Shown: positions 28,040 to 37,346 of the stretch, one piece after another
Numbering within the stretch: position 1 is the first letter of the stretch
Layout: every line of letters begins with the position of its first letter
Source of the DNA: Gaiellaceae bacterium
GTDB taxonomy: Bacteria > Actinomycetota > Thermoleophilia > Gaiellales > Gaiellaceae
Length of the DNA stretch: 64,000 nt
Reading direction: 5' to 3'
Assembly (NCBI GenBank): GCA_036274755.1
Contig: DASUFC010000061.1
Coordinates: 3,278 to 67,277, forward strand
The notes under the pieces: model-generated
The model's input: the letters and a program-made list of their open reading frames with translations, nothing else
What the model was told of the DNA's origin: nothing
Databases searched by the model: none
Made by a program: the position numbers and the translations under genes

Positions 28040-29100
28040 CGAGGATCCAGCGACTCGCCGCACTGCTCGAGGAGCCGCTGCTCGTCGCCGGGCCGCCGTA
28101 CGTGCTCGGTGGCCAGGCGAACGTCAGGTACCTGACCGGTCTCCAGAGCTCGAACTCGGCGGTCCTGGTCGAGCCGGACGGGAGCGCCACCGTGTACACG
28201 GACTTCCGGTACGCGAACCGTGCTCGCGCGATCGAGGGCGTCGCGTTCACGGAGGTCGCGCGCGGGCTCATCCCCGCGATCGGCGAGCAGCTCTCCGGCC
28301 GCGCGATCGGCTTCGAGGAGCAGCATCTCCCGCACGCCCTCTATCGCGCGCTCGTGGACGCGGGCGTGGAGCTGGTGCCACGCTCGGGGCTGGTCGAGCA
28401 GCTGCGTGCCGTCAAGGACGCCGAGGAGCTCGCGATCATGCGCCGCGCCGGCGCGCTCTCGGACGAGGTCTTCGCCGCGCTTGCGCGCGAGCGCTTCTCG
28501 GGCCGCTCAGAGGCCGAGCTCGCGTGGTGGGTCGAGCGCAGCTTCAGGGAGGCCGGCGCCGAGGGCGTCTCGTTCGAGGCCGTCGTCGCAGCCGGGCCGA
28601 CAGCTGCGAGCCCGCACGCGCTCCCGGGCGACGAGCCCATTCAGGAGGGCGTCCTCGTCGTCGTCGATGCGGGCTGTGTCATCGACGGGTACTGCTCGGA
28701 CTGTACGAGGACGTTCGCCGTCAGCGCGATCTCCGAGCGCCTGCAGGAGATCTACGCGCTGTGCCTCGAAGCCCAGCTCGCCGGGCTTGCCGCCGTCGCG
28801 CCGGGCGTGCACGGCCGCGACGCGGACGCGGCGTCGCGGACGCTGATCGAGCAGGCGGAGCTCGGCTGGGCGTACGGCCACGGTATGGGGCACGGCGTCG
28901 GGCTGCAGATCCACGAGGCGCCGACACTTCGCCCGGAGTCGACGGACACGCTCGAGGTCGGCAACGTCGTCTCCGTCGAGCCCGGGATCTACCTTCCGGA
29001 CGAGGGCGCCGGAGTGCGGATCGAGGATCTCGTCGCCGTCACCGAGGACGGCTGCGAACGGCTCACGCAGTTCGACAAGCAGCTGACGACCGTCGCCTGA
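28036..29100 (+). CDS. pepP: M24-family Xaa-Pro aminopeptidase
   Basis: ATG at 28036 (ATGA overlap with aroQ) within ORF 27784..29100. Motifs: VVVDAGCVIDGYCSDCTRTF, HGMGHGVGLQIHE, SVEPGIY, VRIED. Confidence 0.9.
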   Translation: MTRIQRLAALLEEPLLVAGPPYVLGGQANVRYLTGLQSSNSAVLVEPDGSATVYTDFRYANRARAIEGVAFTEVARGLIPAIGEQLSGRAIGFEEQHLPHALYRALVDAGVELVPRSGLVEQLRAVKDAEELAIMRRAGALSDEVFAALARERFSGRSEAELAWWVERSFREAGAEGVSFEAVVAAGPTAASPHALPGDEPIQEGVLVVVDAGCVIDGYCSDCTRTFAVSAISERLQEIYALCLEAQLAGLAAVAPGVHGRDADAASRTLIEQAELGWAYGHGMGHGVGLQIHEAPTLRPESTDTLEVGNVVSVEPGIYLPDEGAGVRIEDLVAVTEDGCERLTQFDKQLTTVA

Positions 29101-29118
29101 CTACACTGCCGCGCTGGC

Positions 29119-29685
29119 ATGGCCGAGACCGTCTCCACGAACCAGTTCCGCAACGGGATGCACATCGAGATCGACGGCGTCGTCTGGCGCATCGTCGACT
29201 TCCAGCACGTCAAGCCGGGCAAGGGCGGCGCGTTCGTGCGCACGAAGCTGAAGGCGCTCGAGTCGGGCTCCGTCGTCGACCGCACCTTCCGCGCGGGCGA
29301 GAAGTTCGCGCGCGTGCACACCGAGGTCAAGAACCTGCAGTTTCTGTACGACGACGGCTCGGAGGCGCACTTCATGGACGAGGAGACGTACGAGCAGTTC
29401 GCGCTCCCGCACGCGGACGTCGCCGACGAGCTCGCGTACCTGCCTCCCTCGAGCTCGGTGCAGATGCTCGCCGTGGACGGTCGCCCTTCGGGGATCCAGC
29501 TTCCCGCATCGGTCGAGCTCGCGGTCGCACAGACCGAGCCGGCCGTGCGCGGCGACACCGTCACGAACGTGACCAAGCCGGCCACCCTCGAGACGGGCGC
29601 GGTCGTCCAGGTACCGCTGTTCGTGGACACCGGCGAGCGCATCAAGGTCGATCCGCGCGAAGGCCGCTACATCTCGCGCGCGTGA
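29119..29685 (+). CDS. efp: Elongation factor P
   Basis: 188 aa. Motifs: VKPGKGGAFVRTKLK, and the KOW-like and OB domains. Confidence 0.97.
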   Translation: MAETVSTNQFRNGMHIEIDGVVWRIVDFQHVKPGKGGAFVRTKLKALESGSVVDRTFRAGEKFARVHTEVKNLQFLYDDGSEAHFMDEETYEQFALPHADVADELAYLPPSSSVQMLAVDGRPSGIQLPASVELAVAQTEPAVRGDTVTNVTKPATLETGAVVQVPLFVDTGERIKVDPREGRYISRA

Positions 29686-29725
29686 CTTCGCCGTTCGTGG
29701 CGCCTCGCTAAGGTCCGGGCGGCCC

Positions 29726-31540
29726 GTGCCCAAGCTCGTCGACACAACGATCCGCCTGCTCTCACAGGAGCCGCTCGCCGGGAAGCTGCCGACGGCGGAG
29801 GTGCTGCGCGTCGCAGAAGTGCTGGACACGGCGGGCTTCGCATGCCTCGAGGTCTCGGGCGGAGGCGTCTTCGATGCGACCGTCCGCCGCCGGGCCGAGA
29901 CGCCTTGGGAGCGCATCCGCGCGATCAAGGCGCGTGTGTCGACGCCGCTCGGGATCGCTCTGCGCGGACGGTTTCTCGTGGGCTCGCGTCCGGTGAGCGG
30001 CGACATCGTCGGGCGCTTCGTCTCGTGCGCGGCGGAGAACGGGATCGACGTCTTCCGCCTCCACGATCCGCTGAACGACGTCTCGAACCTTCGCGAAGCC
30101 GGAGCTGCGATCACGAACGCCGGCGGGGCCTTCCACGCAGGCCTCGTCTACAGCCCCGGGCGGACCGGCGAGACGGACACGCTCGTGGAGGAGGCTCGCA
30201 AGCTCCCGGATCTCGGCGCGACGCGGGTGCTGGTGAACGACCCGACGGGAGCCCTCGTCCCGCACCGAGCGCAGGAGCTGGTCGCCCGGATCAAAGAGGC
30301 GAGCGGACTTCCCGTCGGCTTCTACGTGCAGGGCTCGGCGGGCGTCGGGCTCGCGTCGGCGCTCGCAGCCGTCGACTCCGGGGCCGATCTCGTCGCGACG
30401 ACCGTCTACCCGCTCGCACTCATCCTCCATCGGGTCTCCGGCGAGTCGGTCGCCGAGTCGCTGCAGGGGCTCGGGCACACGTCCGGCCTCGAGGTCGACA
30501 AGCTCTGGGAGGCGGCCGACGTCATCGACGAGTGGATCGGAGACGAGCCCGTCGCGCCCGTCGCGCCGCGGATCGCCGTGCGCGCGGCGGAGTACGACCT
30601 CCCCGCCGGGCTCGTCGCTGCGCTGGACGTCCATCTGCGGGCGCACGCTGCGGCCGACCGGTTGCTCGAGGTGCTCGAGGAGGTCGGGCGCGTCCGAGCG
30701 GAGGCCGGCTGGCCGCCGCTGGCTGCTCCGATCGGGCAGATCCTCGCGTCGCAGGCGCTGCTGCACGTGCTCGAGGCACGCCGCTACGGCTCGGTGATCG
30801 ACGAGTTTCGCGAGCTCGTCCAGGGCGGGTACGGGAGCACGCCCGAGCCGATCGACTCGACCGTCGAGCGCGCCGTCGAGCTGCTCGCGCCGAAGGGGCA
30901 GCTCCCCGAGGACCCGGTGACGACCGAGGACGTCCGAGAGCAGGCGGAGGGCCTCGCGGCGAGCGAGGAGGAGCTTGTCCTCATCGCGATGTTCGGCTCG
31001 GACGCCGAGGAGCTCCTGAAGGTGATCCGCGCGCGCCACTCCCGCCAGTCGGTCCTCATCGCCGAGGACGCCGACGCGGAACGCGGTGAACGGATCCGCG
31101 AGCTCGTGAAGATCGTGCAGGAATCGGGAGTCGGCGAGATCGAGATCGAGGACGAGGGCATGCGGGTGTCCGTGCGCCGCGCGGACGAGCCGGTCACCGC
31201 GATCACGACGATGCCTCTCACACCGTCCGTCGAGACCGAGGTCGACGAGGCGCCGGGCGTCCAGGCGGCCGCCGCCGACGGTCTCACGCGCGTCGAGTCG
31301 CCGATGGTCGGAGTCTTCTACCGGGCGTCGAGCCCGGGAGCGCCGGCCTTCGTGGACGTGGGCGACACGGTGGTCCCGGGCCAGGTTCTGTGCATCCTCG
31401 AGGCGATGAAGCTCTTCAACGAGCTCAAGGCCGAGTCGGCAGGCGTCGTCCGAACGATCCACGCGGAGAACGGGCAGGCCGTCGAGTACGGCGAGCTCCT
31501 GTTCGAGCTCGAGCCAGTCCTCGCCCCGCCGGCCGTCTGA
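29726..31540 (+). CDS. accB: Fusion protein: degenerate pyruvate carboxyltransferase (PycB/OadA/5S-like) domain + complete biotin carboxyl carrier protein (AccB)
   Basis: 604 aa. The N-terminal approx. 430 aa follow the CT TIM-barrel pattern (VDTTIR, LEVSGGGVFD, ENGIDVFRLHDPLND), but the metal-ligand positions read RL, NDPTG and YVQ. The C-terminal approx. 170 aa are AccB-like (IRELVKIVQESGVGEIEIED ... VLCILEAMKLFNELKAESAGVV). Confidence 0.85.
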   Translation: MPKLVDTTIRLLSQEPLAGKLPTAEVLRVAEVLDTAGFACLEVSGGGVFDATVRRRAETPWERIRAIKARVSTPLGIALRGRFLVGSRPVSGDIVGRFVSCAAENGIDVFRLHDPLNDVSNLREAGAAITNAGGAFHAGLVYSPGRTGETDTLVEEARKLPDLGATRVLVNDPTGALVPHRAQELVARIKEASGLPVGFYVQGSAGVGLASALAAVDSGADLVATTVYPLALILHRVSGESVAESLQGLGHTSGLEVDKLWEAADVIDEWIGDEPVAPVAPRIAVRAAEYDLPAGLVAALDVHLRAHAAADRLLEVLEEVGRVRAEAGWPPLAAPIGQILASQALLHVLEARRYGSVIDEFRELVQGGYGSTPEPIDSTVERAVELLAPKGQLPEDPVTTEDVREQAEGLAASEEELVLIAMFGSDAEELLKVIRARHSRQSVLIAEDADAERGERIRELVKIVQESGVGEIEIEDEGMRVSVRRADEPVTAITTMPLTPSVETEVDEAPGVQAAAADGLTRVESPMVGVFYRASSPGAPAFVDVGDTVVPGQVLCILEAMKLFNELKAESAGVVRTIHAENGQAVEYGELLFELEPVLAPPAV

Positions 31541-31543
31541 GCC

Positions 31544-32902
31544 GTGTTCGACCGCGTGCTCGTCGCGAATCGGGGCGAGATCGCCGTGCGCGTGATTCGT
31601 GCCCTGCACGAGCTCGACGTCGAGGCGGTCGCCGTGTACTCGACCGCCGACCGCGATGCCCTGCACGTGGAGCTGGCCGATCAGGCTGTGTGCATCGGTC
31701 CCCCGGCGGCGGTGGACAGCTACCTCTCGATCCGGAACGTCGTCGCCGCGGGCGAGACGACGGGTTGCGACGCCGTCCATCCCGGCTATGGGTTCCTCGC
31801 GGAGAACGCCGAGTTCGTCCGGGCGTGCGAGGACAACGACCTGGTCTTCATCGGCCCGACCGCCGAGGTCGTCGAGCAGATGGGGGACAAGGTGCGCGCG
31901 AAAGAGGCGATGCAGGCCGCGGGCGTCCCGCTCGTGCCCGGCTCGGACGGCGCGGGCGCGCTCGACGCTGCCCGCCGTGCGGCGAATGAGGCAGGTTTCC
32001 CGGTTCTCCTCAAGGCATCGGCGGGCGGCGGCGGGAAGGGCATGCGCGTCGTCGCGTCGGAGGACGAGCTGGACGGCGCGTACGCGGCCGCGAGCGCCGA
32101 GGCCCAGGCCGCGTTCGGCAACGGCTCGGTGTACGTCGAGAAGCTCGTCGCTCCGGCGCGTCACGTCGAGATCCAGGTGCTCTGCGACTCCGAGGGAGGG
32201 ACGCTGACGCTCGGCGAGCGCGAGTGCTCGATTCAGCGCCGCCACCAGAAGCTCGTCGAGGAGTCGCCGTCGGCGGCCCTCGACCCGGAGACACGCGAGG
32301 CGATGGAGTCGACCGTTGCGCGTGCCTGCGAGGCGATCGGCTACCGAAACGCGGGGACCTTCGAGTTCCTCCTCGGTCCCGACGGCTCGTTCTACTTCAT
32401 CGAGGTCAACTGCCGGCTCCAGGTCGAGCACCCCGTGTCGGAGGTCGTGACGGGCGTCGACATCGTCCGCGAGCAGGTCCGGATCGCCTCGGGCGAGCCG
32501 CTCCGCGCGACGGGACGGGCGCAGAGGAGCGGCCACGCGATCGAGATCCGCATCAACGCCGAGGATCCCTCGCGCGGGTTCCTGCCCGTTCCGGGGACGA
32601 TCACCCGCTTCGTGGTGCCGCTCGGCCCGGGCGTCCGCGTCGACACGGCCGTCGGCCCCGGCTCCGAGATCCCGCCCTACTACGACTCGATGATCGCGAA
32701 GCTCATCGTGCTGGACGACGCGCGCGAGGCGGCCATCATCCGGGCAGAGCGAGCGCTCCGCGAGTTCGTGATCGAGGGCATCCCGACGACACGTGACCTC
32801 GCGCTGGACGTGCTCGCGTCGACCGAGTTCCGACGCGGCGAGTACTCGACCTCGACGGTGGCGGAGCTCGAGGGATCCCTACCGTCTCTCGCCTCGGCAT
32901 GA
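31544..32902 (+). CDS. accC: Biotin carboxylase
   Basis: 452 aa. Motifs: VANRGEIA, HPGYGFLAENAEF, LKASAGGGGKGMR, EVNCRLQVEHPVSE. Confidence 0.95.
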   Translation: MFDRVLVANRGEIAVRVIRALHELDVEAVAVYSTADRDALHVELADQAVCIGPPAAVDSYLSIRNVVAAGETTGCDAVHPGYGFLAENAEFVRACEDNDLVFIGPTAEVVEQMGDKVRAKEAMQAAGVPLVPGSDGAGALDAARRAANEAGFPVLLKASAGGGGKGMRVVASEDELDGAYAAASAEAQAAFGNGSVYVEKLVAPARHVEIQVLCDSEGGTLTLGERECSIQRRHQKLVEESPSAALDPETREAMESTVARACEAIGYRNAGTFEFLLGPDGSFYFIEVNCRLQVEHPVSEVVTGVDIVREQVRIASGEPLRATGRAQRSGHAIEIRINAEDPSRGFLPVPGTITRFVVPLGPGVRVDTAVGPGSEIPPYYDSMIAKLIVLDDAREAAIIRAERALREFVIEGIPTTRDLALDVLASTEFRRGEYSTSTVAELEGSLPSLASA

Positions 32903-33285
32903 AGCGGACGACGAGCCGCAAGGCGGGGCGGCGCCAGGCGCTCTTCCTGCTCTACCAGTGGGATCTCACCGGCCAGGAGCTCGCCTCGCTGTTCGAAGGC
33001 GCCCCCGACGACTTCGCGTACGCGCTCGCGGAGTCGGTGGCTGCACGTGCAGGGTCGCTCGATGCCCGCGTGACGGCCGCGTCTCCCGACTGGCCTGCCG
33101 ACCGGCTCGGGACGCTCGAGCGCAATATCCTGCGCATCGGCGTGTACGAGCTCCAGGAGCAGACGGTCCCGCGCGAGGTCGCGATCAACGAGGCGGTGGT
33201 GCTCGCGAAGCGGTACGCGACCGAGGAAGCCGCACGGCTCGTCAACGGGATCCTCGGCCGCGTCGCGCGCGAGGAGGCAGCGTGA
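32899..33285 (+). CDS. nusB: Transcription antitermination factor NusB
   Basis: 128 aa. ATGA overlap with accC. Motifs: RRQALFLLYQWD, LERNILRIGVYEL, INEAVVLAKRY, VNGILG. Confidence 0.9.
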   Translation: MKRTTSRKAGRRQALFLLYQWDLTGQELASLFEGAPDDFAYALAESVAARAGSLDARVTAASPDWPADRLGTLERNILRIGVYELQEQTVPREVAINEAVVLAKRYATEEAARLVNGILGRVAREEAA

Positions 33286-33488
33286 CGCCGGTCGACGACG
33301 CGCTCGCGAAGGCGGAGGAGCTCCTCGGCCGGCTGAACGAGCGGCGCGACGAGCTCGAGCGTCTCGCGGCAGCGGACGACGTCGACGGTGACGCCGCTGT
33401 CGATCTCATCACCGAGCTCGCCGAGCTGGCGCGAGAAATCGAAGTGGAGCTGACGCGGGCGCGGACTCTGGCCGATGCGGCCGGCTGA
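33282..33488 (+). CDS. Small helical protein, possibly exodeoxyribonuclease VII small subunit-like
   Basis: GTG at 33282 (GTGA overlap with nusB), 68 aa: DDALAKAEELLGRLNERRDELERL...AVDLITELAELAREIEVELTRAR. The XseB call rests on weak pattern similarity and on position just upstream of ispA, as in Bacillus. No xseA is present in the window. Confidence 0.4.
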   Translation: MTPVDDALAKAEELLGRLNERRDELERLAAADDVDGDAAVDLITELAELAREIEVELTRARTLADAAG

Positions 33489-34245
33489 CGAGCTCCGCGA
33501 CATCGTCGACACGTATCTCCGCTCGCTCGAGTTCGCACCCGAGCTGGGCGGTCTCGCGGACGCTGTGCGGTACCCGCTGGAGGCGGGCGGCAAGCGCATC
33601 CGTCCCGTTCTCTGCCTCGCCGTCGCGGAAGCGAACGGCGCTTCGGTCGAGCGCGCGCTGCCGGCTGCCGCGGCACTCGAGCTGGTGCACACGTTCTCGC
33701 TCGTCCACGACGACCTGCCGGCGATGGACGACGACGACGAACGGCGTGGACGGCCGAGCGCGCACATCGCCTTCGGCGAAGGCGTCGCGCTGCTCGCGGG
33801 TGACGCGCTGCTGGCGGAGGCGCTCCGGCTCGCGCTCACGTACGAGTCGGCAGACGTCGCGCGGGATCTCGTGGATGCGACCCTCGGGATGATCGGCGGT
33901 CAATACCGCGACATCACGGGTGACGACGCGGACCTCGCGGAGCTCCATCGGCTCAAGACGGGACGCCTCTTCGTGGCAGCGGTGACGCTGGGACTCGACG
34001 TCGCTTCGGTTCCGCGTGATGGCCGGCCCGAGTGGCTCGTGTTCGGCGAGGAGGTCGGGCTGCTCTTCCAGGTCGTAGACGATCTGCTCGACGGGGACGG
34101 CTACGCCGCGCGCCACGGCGCGGAGGAGACGAGGCGCCTCGCGGACGACGTCGCGGCGCGTGCCCGTATACGGCTCGACGCCGTCGATGCCGACACCCGT
34201 GTGCTCGGTGAGGTCGTCAAGTCGCTGACCTTTAGGACCGGTTGA
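33475..34245 (+). CDS. ispA: Polyprenyl (farnesyl/geranylgeranyl) diphosphate synthase
   Basis: 256 aa. First and second Asp-rich motifs are LVHDDLPAMDDDDERRG and QVVDDLLD. Also GKRIRP. Confidence 0.9.
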   Translation: MRPADELRDIVDTYLRSLEFAPELGGLADAVRYPLEAGGKRIRPVLCLAVAEANGASVERALPAAAALELVHTFSLVHDDLPAMDDDDERRGRPSAHIAFGEGVALLAGDALLAEALRLALTYESADVARDLVDATLGMIGGQYRDITGDDADLAELHRLKTGRLFVAAVTLGLDVASVPRDGRPEWLVFGEEVGLLFQVVDDLLDGDGYAARHGAEETRRLADDVAARARIRLDAVDADTRVLGEVVKSLTFRTG

Positions 34246-34354
34246 GGGATAGACGCGGCCGCGGCCGTGGCTATCCTCCGGCGAGTCCCGAACAGACCAG
34301 GCCTGCCTGGCGCGCAGTCGTCGCGCACGTGCGCAGTCCGTTTCTCTCTCTCCG

Positions 34355-34855
34355 ATGTCCTCCCGCCTCCGCAGCCGCGTGCCCGTGCTCTGCCTCACCG
34401 CAGCGATCGCCGCTGCGGCAGTGGTGCCGGCGAATGCGGCAACCTCCTCCGGGCATCCCCGGCCGCACCCGATCGTGGACGCAACGAGCCCGACCCGAGC
34501 CGAGCTCGCGGCACGCTTCGCGCTCGACGAGGTGGGTGTGCCCTACCGATGGGGAGGCGAGTCTCCAGCGAGCGGGTTCGATTGCTCAGGGCTCGTGCGC
34601 TGGGCGTACGGCCGGGTGGGGATCGACCTCCCGCACAGCTCCTACGCGCTCTATGGAGAGGGGCGGCGCGTCTCGGGGAACCTCGAGCGAGGCGACATCC
34701 TGTTCTTCGAGGGGCTCGGCCACGTCGGCCTGTACCTCGGCAAGGGCCGCATGGTGCATGCGCCTCAGACCGGGCGGAACGTCGAGGTCGTACGCCTCGC
34801 CGGCTCGAACTACGGCATGCGCCTCGTCGCCGCCCGCCGCGTGGTCGCGAGCTGA
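34355..34855 (+). CDS. Secreted NlpC/P60 peptidoglycan endopeptidase
   Basis: 166 aa. Signal peptide ends VPANA. Motifs: VPYRWGGESPASGFDCSGLVRWAY (catalytic Cys), GHVGLYLG (His), HAPQTG. Confidence 0.9.
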   Translation: MSSRLRSRVPVLCLTAAIAAAAVVPANAATSSGHPRPHPIVDATSPTRAELAARFALDEVGVPYRWGGESPASGFDCSGLVRWAYGRVGIDLPHSSYALYGEGRRVSGNLERGDILFFEGLGHVGLYLGKGRMVHAPQTGRNVEVVRLAGSNYGMRLVAARRVVAS

Positions 34856-34898
34856 CACGTCGTCATCATGCGCGCATGGCCGCGACTCGACAGCGCGC

Positions 34899-35663
34899 GT
34901 GACGAAGAAGCGATTGGACGTGCTCCTGGTCGAGCGCGGGCTCGCGGAATCGCGTTCGCAGGCGCAGGCGCTCGTGCTCGCCGGGCTCGTCCCGGGGCAC
35001 ACGAAACCGGGTGAGCAGGTTCCCGGCGACGCCGTCCTCGAGGTCGAGGCTCCGCCTCGCTACGTCTCGCGCGGCGGAGAGAAGCTGCGCAACGCGCTCG
35101 ACGCCTTCGGCGTCGACGTGACCGACCGGGACTGCGCGGACGTCGGGGCGTCCACGGGCGGGTTCACCGACTGCCTCCTCCAGGCCGGCGCGCGACGCGT
35201 CGTGGCCATCGACGTGGGGTACGGCCAGCTGCATCCGCGACTTCGCTCCGATCCACGCGTGACCGTGCTCGAGCGAGTGAACGCTCGTTCGCTCACGGAG
35301 CTTCCGTTCGCGCCCGATCTCGTCGTGTGCGACGTCTCGTTCATCAGCGTCACGAAGGCGCTTCCACCGGTGCTCGGCCTCGCCGCTTCTGGCTGGGAGG
35401 CGCTCGTGCTCGTGAAGCCCCAGTTCGAAGCCGGGCGTGCCGACGTCCCGAAGGGCGTCGTCCGCGACGCCGCGGTGCAACGAAACGTGCTCGAAAGCGT
35501 CGTCGAGGCGGCGCAGGCCTGGGGTGGCCGTACCATCGGCGTCGTAGACTCAGGCTTGCCCGGCCCGAAGGGGAATCGGGAGTTCTTCCTCCATCTCGTA
35601 CACCGACCCGGCGAACGGAATACCGATGACGCAGACCGCTGGATCGCCGACGCTGTCGGGTAA
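34899..35663 (+). CDS. tlyA: TlyA-family rRNA 2'-O-methyltransferase
   Basis: GTG at 34899 within ORF 34242..35663. S4-like N-terminus KKRLDVLLVERGLAESRSQAQALV, SAM motif CADVGASTGGFTDCLL, and DVSFISV. Confidence 0.9.
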   Translation: MTKKRLDVLLVERGLAESRSQAQALVLAGLVPGHTKPGEQVPGDAVLEVEAPPRYVSRGGEKLRNALDAFGVDVTDRDCADVGASTGGFTDCLLQAGARRVVAIDVGYGQLHPRLRSDPRVTVLERVNARSLTELPFAPDLVVCDVSFISVTKALPPVLGLAASGWEALVLVKPQFEAGRADVPKGVVRDAAVQRNVLESVVEAAQAWGGRTIGVVDSGLPGPKGNREFFLHLVHRPGERNTDDADRWIADAVG

Positions 35664-36486
35664 GCGCGTCGCCCGCGCCGCCGTCGTCACGCACGGCAAG
35701 GCGGGCCAGATCGGCGCAGGAATTGCGCGCCTGCAGGCGGTGGCGCAGGAGCACGGCGTCGAGCTCGTGCTCTCGCCCGACGAGGCCGAGAAGCACGGCG
35801 TCGCCGAGTCGGGTGACCCGGCGTCGGCCGACCTCGCCGTCGTCCTCGGCGGAGACGGGACCGTCCTGCGCGCACTGGCCCGCTTCCTGGGTACCGGCGT
35901 GCCCGTGATCGGCGTCAACTTCGGCCGCGTCGGCTTCCTCAGCTCCATGGGGCGCCGTGATCTCGAGAGCGGTCTCGGGCGCGTCTTCCAGGGCGAGTAC
36001 GAGGTCGTCGAGCTGCCGACACTCGAGCTCGAGCACCCGGACGGCCGGACGGTCGCAGTGAACGACGTCGTCGTCACGAGCGCCGCGCTCGGGCGCATGA
36101 TCGAGCTGGAGCTCGCGGTCGGCGGCGAGGAGCTCGGGCGCCAGCCCTGCGACGGAATCATCTGCTCGACGCCCTCGGGCTCCACCGCCTACAACCTCTC
36201 GAATGGCGGCCCGGTTCTCATGTGGGGCCTCGAGGCCATCGCGTTGACGTTCGTCGCCGCACACTCGCTGAACGCGAGGCCGCTCGTCGTTCCGCCGAGC
36301 TCGGACATCATCGTGTGGAACCGCTCGGCCGACGTCGACGCCGGCGTGCTCGTCGACGGCCACCGTGTCTCCACGCTCCGGAAGGCCGAGCGCGCGGTCG
36401 TCCGCATCGCCGCCGAGCGCTCGCTGCTCGCGACGCTGCCTGAGGCCACGTTCATGCGCCGCTACCGCCAGAGCTTCGCGTCGTGA
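35626..36486 (+). CDS. nadK: NAD kinase
   Basis: 286 aa. Motifs: VVLGGDGTVLRA, GVNFGRVGFL, CDGIICSTPSGSTAYNLS. Confidence 0.9.
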   Translation: MTQTAGSPTLSGKRVARAAVVTHGKAGQIGAGIARLQAVAQEHGVELVLSPDEAEKHGVAESGDPASADLAVVLGGDGTVLRALARFLGTGVPVIGVNFGRVGFLSSMGRRDLESGLGRVFQGEYEVVELPTLELEHPDGRTVAVNDVVVTSAALGRMIELELAVGGEELGRQPCDGIICSTPSGSTAYNLSNGGPVLMWGLEAIALTFVAAHSLNARPLVVPPSSDIIVWNRSADVDAGVLVDGHRVSTLRKAERAVVRIAAERSLLATLPEATFMRRYRQSFAS

Positions 36487-37343
36487 GCGACGGCCGCCTG
36501 TCGCTCAGGGACGGGCGGACGCTCGCATGGAAGGAGTACGGGTCGGCGGATGGCCGGCCGCTCCTCCAGTTCCAGGGCACGCCGGGATCCCGCTACTCGC
36601 GCCATGCCCACGAGGACCTCTACGACCGGCTCGGCGTGCGCGTGCTGGTCTTCGATCGGCCCGGCTACGGCGCATCCGAACGCCTGCCCGGGCGAGGCAT
36701 CGCCGTCGTCGCCGACGACGCGGCGGAACTGCTGGACCACCTTGGTCTCGAGGAGGTGCACGCGGCCGGCGGAAGCGGCGGCGGTCCTCACGTCCTCGCG
36801 CTCGCGGCGCGGCATCCGAACCGCGTGCGCGCCGTGACGGTGGTCGTCGGTGGGACGCCGCTCGAGGAGGAGGATGTCGAAGGACTGATCGAGATCAATC
36901 GGGCGGGGTGGTACGCCGCGCGCGCAGGCTGGCAGGCGATGCACGACCTCCTCGCACCGATGCGGGATTCGGTGCTGGCGGATCCGCTCGGCGGCTTCAA
37001 GACGCTGATGGAGTCGGCACCGCCGAGCGACAAGGCCGTGATGGAGGATCCGGATTGGCAGCGCGTCCTCGTGGAGAGCGTGACCGAGGCGTTCCGGCCC
37101 GGCCCGGAGGGATGGGTCGACGAGTCGATCGCCCTGAGCCTCGACTGGGACTTCGACGTCGCCGACGTGCGGTGCAGCGTGACCTGGTGGCATGGCGACC
37201 ATGACGCGAACACCCCCCTTGCGCCCGTGCGCCGCCTGATCGAGCGCATGGATCGGGTCGATCTGCGGGTGTGGGAGGACGCGGGCCACCTCGAGCCCTT
37301 CCACCGCCACGAGGAGATCCTCGGCGAGCTCCTGGCGCGCTGA
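36483..37343 (+). CDS. Alpha/beta hydrolase (paralog of 58608..59531)
   Basis: 286 aa. GTGA overlap with nadK. Motifs: GTPGSR, DRPGYGAS, nucleophile elbow AAGGSGGGPH, C-terminal DAGH. Confidence 0.85.
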   Translation: MSDGRLSLRDGRTLAWKEYGSADGRPLLQFQGTPGSRYSRHAHEDLYDRLGVRVLVFDRPGYGASERLPGRGIAVVADDAAELLDHLGLEEVHAAGGSGGGPHVLALAARHPNRVRAVTVVVGGTPLEEEDVEGLIEINRAGWYAARAGWQAMHDLLAPMRDSVLADPLGGFKTLMESAPPSDKAVMEDPDWQRVLVESVTEAFRPGPEGWVDESIALSLDWDFDVADVRCSVTWWHGDHDANTPLAPVRRLIERMDRVDLRVWEDAGHLEPFHRHEEILGELLAR

Positions 37344-37346
37344 CGC

